A DNA stretch of 20,000 nucleotides from an uncultured virus (IMG/VR IMGVR_UViG_3300031227_016742) (IMGVR_UViG_3300031227_016742), one strand, 5' to 3'. Shown: positions 8,533 through 15,621, counted from the first letter of the stretch. Translations and numbers: made by a program. Notes: generated by a model from the sequence alone, not told the origin.

Positions 8533-10097
8533 GAGTTTGGCTCCATCAGCTCTTCCTGGTTGACGGTCATCGTACCTGGGTCCACCAGCCACTCCCCAGC
8601 CGGGATCTCCACCGTGGCCCAGGCCGGGAGCTCTTGTCCGTCCTCGACCACGACCATGTGGCCGGTCCCAAAGACGTTGTCGGAGAGCTGACGCAGCGCG
8701 ATGGTCTGGCCTGTTCCACGGCTGATGTAGCTGTCCTCGTCGTTGTGTTTGTGCTTGACCACCGTCCACTCGAAGACCATGTCCTCCGGCCAGACCTCGA
8801 GCTCTATGTTGAGGGTCTCGATTCCGAGCTGGACCTCCATGGAAAGCCAGATGTTGTCCATCTCCAGGCCCGTGTTCCGGTACACATCGGCTCTTCCGTC
8901 AGAAGACCGCACCATGGCCGACAGCGTCGACTTGACCTCTTCGTGGGCGACCAGAGCCGCCTGTTCGGCCTTGTCCTGCCACGCGGAGAGCAGCCGATCC
9001 TCCTCGTCCGACGGATCGCCCTCGTAGTCCCTCGCCTCCTGCAGCTCCCGCACTTTGTCCTCGATCTCTCCGAGCTCAATCATCTCGACCTTGACGGCTT
9101 CGTAGACCGACGGGTCGAGCTTGGATCGGCGCACGATGACCGGAGACCAGATCCCAGGGACGGCGTCGCTCTTGTCGATCCCAGCCTCCTGCAGCGCCGG
9201 GATGATTCTGCGACACAGCTCGTAAGGCACCCCGGCGTTGTCCGGGCCGTTGGCCTCGGTCAACATGAACTCGTCATCGTATTCGTTCAACAGGCCCAAG
9301 GACAGATCGACCCTCGGGACCCCCTCGTGGTCACGGTAAGACAGAATGATCTTCTCACCCTCTCTCACATCGTCCCACTGCCACTTCGCACCGACGCAGT
9401 TCCGCATCACGTGCCCTTCCGCCTCCAGCTGCTTGCGGGTGTACAGCCGCTGCAGGGTCGCTCCGTCTGCCCAGCGGTACAGGACGAGCCCAGGCCTGAT
9501 GTCGGCGTCCTCGACGAGCGCTGACTGCTGCCGCCAGTACGCTCGGCTGGCCTCGAAGGCCCCCGCGAACCCGAGCCCCTCCAGGGCGCCAGGTCCGACC
9601 TCGCGGGCCCAGTCCACGACCTCGTGTATGGCGTCACCGTCCATGGTCAGCTCATCGTCCACGTGGGCGAGCCTCTGGATCAGGGAAGAAGCCCAGAACA
9701 AGCCCTCTACCGACACGTCTCCGGTACGAGACTTGATCTTGCTGGGGGTATGCAGCCTGGGGCCGCGAGTCATGAGCTCACAGATCGCCTGCTGTTCAGG
9801 GTCCTTCCTAAGGGAGTCCAGCTCGGTCTTGGCGACGGTCACCATCCATGGGATCATCGGGTCTACAGGTTGGGCTTCCGGCAGATCGCACTGGAACCCC
9901 GACATGCTCACCATGGCATCGACCGCCAGCCTGATGGTGACTCCGTGTTCACGCTGGACCCTGTCGAGTCGTCCCTTGGTCCCAGTGGACACGACCACAG
10001 CCGCCAGCCCACCGCGGTTGCGCAGCTCGTTGAGCGTGGCTCTGCGCACACGATCAGGTGCGAAGCAGAGGGCGGTCACTGGAATGATCGGATTCAT
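8529..10097 (-). CDS. PcfJ-like domain protein, paralogue B (522 aa)
   Basis: LEAEGHVMRNCVG...GEKIILSYRDHEGVPRVDLSL...EANGPDN. Shared N-terminal leader. Distinct acidic C-terminal region. Confidence 0.8.
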   Translation of the reverse strand: MNPIIPVTALCFAPDRVRRATLNELRNRGGLAAVVVSTGTKGRLDRVQREHGVTIRLAVDAMVSMSGFQCDLPEAQPVDPMIPWMVTVAKTELDSLRKDPEQQAICELMTRGPRLHTPSKIKSRTGDVSVEGLFWASSLIQRLAHVDDELTMDGDAIHEVVDWAREVGPGALEGLGFAGAFEASRAYWRQQSALVEDADIRPGLVLYRWADGATLQRLYTRKQLEAEGHVMRNCVGAKWQWDDVREGEKIILSYRDHEGVPRVDLSLGLLNEYDDEFMLTEANGPDNAGVPYELCRRIIPALQEAGIDKSDAVPGIWSPVIVRRSKLDPSVYEAVKVEMIELGEIEDKVRELQEARDYEGDPSDEEDRLLSAWQDKAEQAALVAHEEVKSTLSAMVRSSDGRADVYRNTGLEMDNIWLSMEVQLGIETLNIELEVWPEDMVFEWTVVKHKHNDEDSYISRGTGQTIALRQLSDNVFGTGHMVVVEDGQELPAWATVEIPAGEWLVDPGTMTVNQEELMEPNS

Positions 10098-10103
10098 CTG
10101 TTG

Positions 10104-10112
10104 TGCCTATCA
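10104..10112 (-). promoter_or_regulatory. Possible leaderless -10 box (TGATAGGCA, 6 nt before ATG 10097)
   Basis: Minus strand reads TGA-TAGGCA-CAACAG-ATG, the same spacing as at 11718, 12651 and 18610, but the last T is not conserved. No SD sequence. Confidence 0.35.
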
Positions 10113-11711
10113 CCTGCTACCAGGAGTAGCAACTTGCCGCTCCCAGGCTTCTGGAGAGAACGCCTCTTCGTCGATCTCGTCGACCTCGTCCCAGATGCCA
10201 TCGAGGACGACCTTGGCGCTCCCGAGTCGCCTCCCGACGAACCCCTCGATGAGCTTGTCGTCCTCGATGCCGTACAACGGCAGGACGTGTTCGTTCTCGC
10301 CCTCTTCGACGTTCTTACGCTCGAGTTCGGCCAGGATCCCGGGATGGGCCATCCTCATCCTCACGACCACCGCGGCCAGCCTGCGCTGATGTTCGTCCTC
10401 CTCGATGGGTCCGTTGTGGGGGCCCTCCACGTCTCTGGTGTGACCCGTCGAGGTCAACAGCTCGATGGTCGCGGTGGGCTCGTCATCGGCTGTGCGGTAG
10501 GACAGCACCCTGGTGCGCCCAGAGATCAACATCTGTGGGTGGCTATGGCCGCCAATGCAGTGGCGCATCCTGCGACCCTCGTGGAGCAAAGCGTCTTGTC
10601 CAACGATCTCGACGACCCGATCTCCGTCCGAAAAGACGACCACGGGGATGGTCTGATCCGCCACGACCTCCGGATCGAGCTTCACGCGTTCACGCTCGCG
10701 CTGCAGCTCGATGTCGACGACATGGCGCTCGGAGGCCGCCTCGAAAGCATCTTTGAGCCCGAGATCTCCCAGCGGGGCCTGCGGGTGTCCGGCACGGTCA
10801 TCGTCCATCACCTGGCGCACATGATAGATTCCGGTCTTGTACAGCTCGAGCCATGCGTGCAAGACGGCTCTAACGCTCTTCAGCGTGTCTTTCACGATCT
10901 CGGCGCTCCCTGGTCCTCTCTCCTTGTCGGCCATCTCTCCGATCCTGTCATGAACGACCGGGAGCTGTGGGTCACGCTCGCGGAACCACGATCGGTACAC
11001 GGAGAAGGCATCGATCTTCCCATCATGTGCCCGGTTTCCGGCGATGATCGAGCTGACGACATCCGGGATCTCTCCGTCGGGATCGTCGATCGACATCAAC
11101 TCCAGCTGAGGCTCGAGGATCCCCAAACCGCGCACCGGCCTCGCCAGAACCCTCGCCCTGGTCTGCCCGATCCGCGCCCACACCACTGCGCCATCATCCG
11201 CCCACTCCATCCCGCGCTCGATGTCGCACCCGTTCTGGTACCAGAGGTACTCCGAGCGAATATGACGGTTCTCGTCGATCTCTTCGCACGCTTCGTCCCT
11301 GGCCATCTCCCAAGCCTCACGCACTACCGTGTTCGGATCGTCCATCAACTCCTCGTCGAGCTCCGCCAGCATGTCCGGGAACAACGAGAACGCCAGCGCA
11401 GTGATCTCGAGACTTGTCCAGCTGTCGAGCCATCCATCTCGGTGGAATGTCCTGGCGAGCCACGCGAGCACTTCGGCCTGCGGGGCGCTCCCCTCACCGT
11501 CTTCGATCGGGCTCGGATAAGCCATCCTGAGCATCTGAATCACCGGGGCCGGATAGTTGCTCATGATCCAGCTCAGCCTGCGCTGGAACGGATCTCGAGC
11601 ATCCACCGTCACGGAGATCATCTCCAGGCGACTACGCAGCTGATACAGCACCGCTCTCCTGGCACGCTCTGGCGCCGTGGACAGTGTCGTGGTGATCGAG
11701 GTGGGCAGCAT
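10110..11711 (-). CDS. PcfJ-like domain protein, paralogue C (533 aa)
   Basis: LLHEGRRMRHCIGG...GRTRVLSYRTADDEPTATIEL...DVEGPHNGPI. Shared N-terminal leader. Confidence 0.8.
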   Translation of the reverse strand: MLPTSITTTLSTAPERARRAVLYQLRSRLEMISVTVDARDPFQRRLSWIMSNYPAPVIQMLRMAYPSPIEDGEGSAPQAEVLAWLARTFHRDGWLDSWTSLEITALAFSLFPDMLAELDEELMDDPNTVVREAWEMARDEACEEIDENRHIRSEYLWYQNGCDIERGMEWADDGAVVWARIGQTRARVLARPVRGLGILEPQLELMSIDDPDGEIPDVVSSIIAGNRAHDGKIDAFSVYRSWFRERDPQLPVVHDRIGEMADKERGPGSAEIVKDTLKSVRAVLHAWLELYKTGIYHVRQVMDDDRAGHPQAPLGDLGLKDAFEAASERHVVDIELQRERERVKLDPEVVADQTIPVVVFSDGDRVVEIVGQDALLHEGRRMRHCIGGHSHPQMLISGRTRVLSYRTADDEPTATIELLTSTGHTRDVEGPHNGPIEEDEHQRRLAAVVVRMRMAHPGILAELERKNVEEGENEHVLPLYGIEDDKLIEGFVGRRLGSAKVVLDGIWDEVDEIDEEAFSPEAWERQVATPGSR

Positions 11712-11717
11712 GGAACC

Positions 11718-11723
11718 ATCCTA
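11718..11723 (-). promoter_or_regulatory. Putative leaderless -10 box TAGGAT
   Basis: AGG-TAGGAT-GGTTCC-ATG, nearly identical to the context of ATG 12644. Confidence 0.55.
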
Positions 11724-11750
11724 CCTTGTCTTCGGGGCCAACGCCTTCCC

Positions 11751-12644
11751 TCATGGGCCGTAGCGGGCCTCTGCATCTATCCGCAGCGCCTCGAGCGAGA
11801 TGGGCTCTTCATTCTTCAGCGCTCCCACGACCTTTGGAGCGCCAGGATGGGCCACGGTCGGAGAGAATGCCGCCAGATTGAGCAAGAGCTTTCTTCCACG
11901 CTCTGTCCTGGACAGCTCGCGGATGACGTCCTTGGCCACAGGAGCACCCCCGCGCCAGTCGTCAGCTCCCGTTATGGCCAGCACCCTCTTGCACTTATCC
12001 ACGAACGCCTCCCCCATCATGGACACCACCTCCATGATCATTGGCGCGACGGGAGCGTAGTCCCATGGGTCCTCTGCGGCCCAGGTGCTCTGATCCATGG
12101 ACCATGTGTGGCTGCCCTTGCCGCCATAGGGGCCCTCTCTCGCGGCGGCCAATACGAAGCTGCCAAGCCAGTCCTCGTCCGGAATCAAGGGAGCTGTCGG
12201 CTCGACCATCAAGGTGTAGCTGGCTTCGCCCTTTCTTGGTCGACACAGGGCGTGATCCGAGCTTCGTCCCAGGTAGACCATCCCCGGATAAGGGGAACCA
12301 GCCTCTTCTCCAAAGTCCCTCCAGAGCCAGTCACCGTACTCATCCCGTCCTTCCTCGCTCATGCCATGAAGATCTCCAGGATGCGCTCTCCTCATCTCCT
12401 CGTGCTTGCTTTCGAGTCGCTCGATGGCCCAGTCCGTCCCATGCCATACGTCGGTGAGAGGCGTCCCGGAGAGCCCGTGGTCGAGGATGGCCAGCACATG
12501 CCTCAGCCCGGTCCCGTGGTACAGCCTCTCCTTCTGGGGAACAATGACGGATGAACCCGTATGGTACGTCAGCCACGCCAGGGTGGTGAAACCATACCGG
12601 GGCGGAGCGGTGAAGAGGCATGAAACCAGCGAGGATGCGAGCAT
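11751..12644 (-). CDS. Putative ADP-ribosyltransferase-fold protein (297 aa)
   Basis: 'RLYHGT....AILDHGL' strand-1 motif, 'GMVYLG..D.A' second motif and a later 'LIPDED', the pattern of HYx-class/Tpt1-like ART domains. The N-terminus partly matches the PcfJ-paralogue leader. Confidence 0.55.
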   Translation of the reverse strand: MLASSLVSCLFTAPPRYGFTTLAWLTYHTGSSVIVPQKERLYHGTGLRHVLAILDHGLSGTPLTDVWHGTDWAIERLESKHEEMRRAHPGDLHGMSEEGRDEYGDWLWRDFGEEAGSPYPGMVYLGRSSDHALCRPRKGEASYTLMVEPTAPLIPDEDWLGSFVLAAAREGPYGGKGSHTWSMDQSTWAAEDPWDYAPVAPMIMEVVSMMGEAFVDKCKRVLAITGADDWRGGAPVAKDVIRELSRTERGRKLLLNLAAFSPTVAHPGAPKVVGALKNEEPISLEALRIDAEARYGP

Positions 12645-12650
12645 GAGACC

Positions 12651-12656
12651 ATCCTA
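12651..12656 (-). promoter_or_regulatory. Putative leaderless -10 box TAGGAT
   Basis: AGG-TAGGAT-GGTCTC-ATG at the head of the minus-strand gene block. Confidence 0.55.
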
Positions 12657-12683
12657 CCTCGTCGGTGCCGACACCGCCTCTGT

Positions 12684-12694
12684 CGTGCTATGCT
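12684..12694 (+). promoter_or_regulatory. Putative extended -10 promoter (CGTGCTATGCT)
   Basis: TG-C-TATGCT, with an identical 11-mer at 15539-15549. Followed by GGAGG (12708-12712) and ATG 12717. Confidence 0.6.
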
Positions 12695-12716
12695 GCCAGC
12701 CAGCAACGGAGGCCAC

Positions 12717-12839
12717 ATGCGCCGCTACGAAAAACCACTGCTCCGCAAGGCGCATGGGCTCGACTTCGTCCTCTCCGCCATCAAGCGCGGCTGGCACACA
12801 GCCTGCCGTCAGTGCTCGAGCTGCCACGGCTGCCGCTGA
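12717..12839 (+). CDS. 40-aa Cys-rich peptide, RiPP-precursor-like
   Basis: Below the ORF-track cutoff. MRRYEKPLLRKAHGLDFVLSAIKRGWHTACRQCSSCHGCR*. GGAGG RBS, upstream promoter motif, and a TGATG overlap with the next gene. Confidence 0.8.
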   Translation: MRRYEKPLLRKAHGLDFVLSAIKRGWHTACRQCSSCHGCR

Positions 12840-13360
12840 TGCCCATCATCGTCGAGGCTGCAGGGTTCATGGACCTGATGGGAAAGCTGTTCGGCGACAT
12901 CACGCCGTCGGGTATGTCCATCTGGCCCTTCGTTCTGGTGCGTGACAAGGCGACCATGAGCGAGCGGACCCTGCGCCACGAGCTCATCCATAACAAGCAG
13001 CAGTCCGAGCTGACCATCGCCGCGGTCATCTTCGGAGGCCTGTGCATGGTGGTCATCGCGCTCTCACCGCTGCCTGCATGGCTCGTCGTCGGGCCCCTGA
13101 TCCTGATGATCCCCAGCGCCCTACAGGGCATCGTCTACGGTGCCTTCCACTGGGTAGGAGCCATCGCCTTTCGGGGCGCGAACAGTCCCCTGAAGCGCTC
13201 CTACCGCTCCAGCCCCTTCGAGCTCGAGGCCTACGCCAACGACGACGATCCGGAGTATATCTCCCACCGTCGCATCTTCGGCTGGACCGGCTACGTCCGC
13301 GACTGGAGAGAGCGCATCGAGAAGTTCGAGGCATCCGCAGAAGACAACGAAGAGGAATAG
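12839..13360 (+). CDS. HExxH (zincin-like) membrane protein, putative metallopeptidase
   Basis: GMSIWPFVLV...LRHELIHNKQQSE, a hydrophobic hairpin, then SPFELEAYAN.DD.EY..HR..FGW..Y (candidate third-ligand Glu). Start moved to ATG 12839. Confidence 0.7.
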   Translation: MPIIVEAAGFMDLMGKLFGDITPSGMSIWPFVLVRDKATMSERTLRHELIHNKQQSELTIAAVIFGGLCMVVIALSPLPAWLVVGPLILMIPSALQGIVYGAFHWVGAIAFRGANSPLKRSYRSSPFELEAYANDDDPEYISHRRIFGWTGYVRDWRERIEKFEASAEDNEEE

Positions 13361-13363
13361 ACC

Positions 13364-14050
13364 ATGGCCAAGCCCAGATTCGAAGCCCGCTGGATTCGCG
13401 CCAGAGAGTCCGACTACAGCGTCATGCTCATCGTTCCCGGCGAAGACCTCTCCGTACACCTGGTGGGCCAGGCTCCTGGCGACCCCCTCACCATCCGAGC
13501 TGCCCGCATCTGGATGGAGGACAGGGGCTACCAGCCGCTGGGTGTCACCAACGCCGGCATCTTCCACTCCGGGCTGAGACCTGTCGGGCTGTTCGTGGAA
13601 GGCGGCATCACCAAGAGCCCGCTGAACCTCAGCTCCGGAACTGGGAACTTCTTCATGAAGCCCAACGGGGTGTTCAGCTGGACACCGGGCTTCGGATTCT
13701 CCATCGATCGCAGCGATCTGTACAAGCCCAAGAGCCGTCCCTTGCTGGCGACCCAGTCAGGGCCACTGCTGCTCGAGAGAGGGCAGCCCCACCCGGACTT
13801 CCGGCAGCACTCGAGCAACAGAGCCATCCGCAACGGCGTCGGCGTGAGCAGCAGCGGAGACAAGGCCATCTTCGCCATCTCCGATAGAGCCGTGAACCTG
13901 TGGGACTTCTCGAGCTTCTTCCTGTCCCAGGGCTGCCCTGACGCCCTGTACTTGGACGGGGCCATCTCGGACATGTGGACCCCCATCCGCAACGCAGGAC
14001 GCTCCGACGACTACGCTGGGCTGCTCTGCATCGCGCAGAGGATGTCATGA
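13364..14050 (+). CDS. Phosphodiester glycosidase family protein (YigE/DUF2233, NAGPA-like)
   Basis: NAGIFH...PVGLFVE, GNFFMKPNGVF, ATQSGPLL, IRNGVGV, FAISD, GCPDALYLDGAIS. GAGGA RBS. Confidence 0.88.
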   Translation: MAKPRFEARWIRARESDYSVMLIVPGEDLSVHLVGQAPGDPLTIRAARIWMEDRGYQPLGVTNAGIFHSGLRPVGLFVEGGITKSPLNLSSGTGNFFMKPNGVFSWTPGFGFSIDRSDLYKPKSRPLLATQSGPLLLERGQPHPDFRQHSSNRAIRNGVGVSSSGDKAIFAISDRAVNLWDFSSFFLSQGCPDALYLDGAISDMWTPIRNAGRSDDYAGLLCIAQRMS

Positions 14051-14715
14051 GCGCTGTCAACACCATGCTGCAGCACCGCTACGGTGGCCTGTTCAGAAAG
14101 AAGCGCCGCTTCAGGGGCCCCCTCGACGTGAACCCCTTGGTCAACATCCTCGTCCCACTGCTAAAGGGCGACAAGGAAGAGGCGCTGAAGGGAGCCAAGT
14201 ACCACCGCAAGGGTGCAAAGCGCGCTCAGATGTTCTTCATGCCAGAGACGGCCAAGAAGGCCGGAGCGGCGATGGAGCCGGTCTTCGAGAAGATCGAGCA
14301 GGCCCTGGAGGGGGACTGGAAAGGCATGGAGGGCATGGAGGACATGAAGGGAATGGAAGAGATGGAGGACATGAAGGGGATGGAAGGGATGGAAGGGATA
14401 GAGGGGATGAAATGGATGGAGGGGATGGACGAGGCCATCTTTGCGGGTGTGGCCGAAGCGTTCGGTGAGTTCTCGGGGCATGCTGTGTCGGGATCGGTGA
14501 GCGTGACCGCACATCGCAGTGGTGCTGACGCCTTCATCGACGTCGCACTGGACGCCATCGAGGACGGGAGACCGAAGCTGGCATTCCAGCACCTGTTCAA
14601 CGCGGAGATCGTCCACCATGCGAAGAACAACCAGCCGCCGGCCCACGGAGAAGATGAGCGGCTGAGGGGCGCATGGCAGAGCTTCGGAGAGATGCTGCCG
14701 GACAAGCTGTGGTGA
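14047..14715 (+). CDS. Hypothetical protein with a Met-rich tripeptide repeat (222 aa)
   Basis: Start moved to ATG 14047 (ATGA overlap). Central (M-E/K-G/D)n tract. Confidence 0.7.
   Translation: MSAVNTMLQHRYGGLFRKKRRFRGPLDVNPLVNILVPLLKGDKEEALKGAKYHRKGAKRAQMFFMPETAKKAGAAMEPVFEKIEQALEGDWKGMEGMEDMKGMEEMEDMKGMEGMEGIEGMKWMEGMDEAIFAGVAEAFGEFSGHAVSGSVSVTAHRSGADAFIDVALDAIEDGRPKLAFQHLFNAEIVHHAKNNQPPAHGEDERLRGAWQSFGEMLPDKLW
14326..14433 (+). repeat. Degenerate 9-bp coding tandem repeat, 12 units (ATG-GAR/AAR-GRN)
   Basis: Encodes MEG MED MKG MEE MED MKG MEG MEG IEG MKW MEG MDE. Confidence 0.9.
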
Positions 14716-15449
14716 TCCTCCCCATCACCATCCTCGTTCTCGGACTCATCCGCCAGAGCGTTCCACCGTCAGACGAACGAAGAGAACGAATAGCGCTGGC
14801 GAGGAAGCTGATGGGAGAGAGTCCGGATCACATCCACTTGCTGGTGAGGTCTGTGGGACCACCTATCATCCTGAGGATCCCGAGCTCGATACGGACAACA
14901 AAGAGGGATCTCCTAAAATGCGTGGATCCAGTCATGCGATCACATGGCCACACGCAGAGGTCCATCTTCGAGTTCTTGCCACTGATCCAAGAGGAGCCCG
15001 ACGATGGAGGGCCCGTCACGGAATCGTACCTGTCGGTCGAGTCGGCCTACGAAGGAGATGACAGCAGCGCAAGAGACTATTGGCTCTACGACTGGGTCCA
15101 TGGATCGTTCGATCTCGTGAGAGCCCCAGCGGACGACGTCCAGAGCTATGTGCAGATCTTGACGCACGGTCCGATGATCATTGTACGGATGGGATTCCCC
15201 TTCCCAGAAACGAATAGTCTGCTGGACGTCATGTTGCCGATCTTCAGAGAGTCGTTCGAGATCAAGAAAAAGGACGTGTTCGCGATGGAACGGATGGACG
15301 TCGGGAGAGCGGACAGGCGTGCAGAACGACAAGAGAATCTCCTGAACACGTGCAAGAGAGCGTTCAGCGGATCTACGTCCGACTTGACAGAGACGTGGCT
15401 ATACGACTGGACAGGGGAACAGCCACGGCTCGTAAGAGCTGGGACGTGA
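14712..15449 (+). CDS. Hypothetical protein with a hydrophobic N-terminus and an internal two-fold duplication (245 aa)
   Basis: Likely GTG start at 14712 (GTGA overlap). The two units each contain GP.II.R...LL....P and end in A(Y/F).G......WLYDW.....LVRA. Confidence 0.7.
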   Translation: MILPITILVLGLIRQSVPPSDERRERIALARKLMGESPDHIHLLVRSVGPPIILRIPSSIRTTKRDLLKCVDPVMRSHGHTQRSIFEFLPLIQEEPDDGGPVTESYLSVESAYEGDDSSARDYWLYDWVHGSFDLVRAPADDVQSYVQILTHGPMIIVRMGFPFPETNSLLDVMLPIFRESFEIKKKDVFAMERMDVGRADRRAERQENLLNTCKRAFSGSTSDLTETWLYDWTGEQPRLVRAGT

Positions 15450-15538
15450 GCTCCCGACGTGCACCGTATATCCACTCACAGTAGCAAGCACATCCCACGA
15501 AAAGACAGGATGGACCAGTAATGTCGTGAGAGACAGCT

Positions 15539-15549
15539 CGTGCTATGCT
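15539..15549 (+). promoter_or_regulatory. Putative extended -10 promoter (CGTGCTATGCT) for the tail-fibre-like gene
   Basis: Identical to 12684-12694, intergenic, ~100 nt before ATG 15648. Confidence 0.6.
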
Positions 15550-15593
15550 TCTAACCGAACGTCTCGATCCATCCCACGATCGCCGGTCCGGTA

Positions 15594-15621
15594 GTCGGAA
15601 GTCGGAAGTCGGAGGTCGGAT
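15594..15621. repeat. 7-bp tandem repeat GTCGGAN x4
   Basis: gtcggaa gtcggaa gtcggag gtcggat in the putative 5' UTR of 15648..18575. Confidence 0.9.

Noticed and set aside
8533..8769. N-terminal extensions given by the ORF track (8769, 6737, 2731, 12665, 13975, 14673 starts)
   Set aside because: They overlap neighbouring genes or promoters. Downstream starts have RBS or stop/start overlap support.
9624..12554. 976-aa plus-strand ORF
   Set aside because: Antisense shadow of motif-bearing minus-strand genes. It has no recognisable motifs or RBS, and such shadows are expected in high-GC DNA.
15478..15486. TGCTACTGT on the minus strand as an antisense extended -10 promoter (and ORF 15146..15475)
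   Set aside because: It lacks the CG prefix of the other copies, and the ORF it points to looks like a shadow. It cannot be supported without transcript data.
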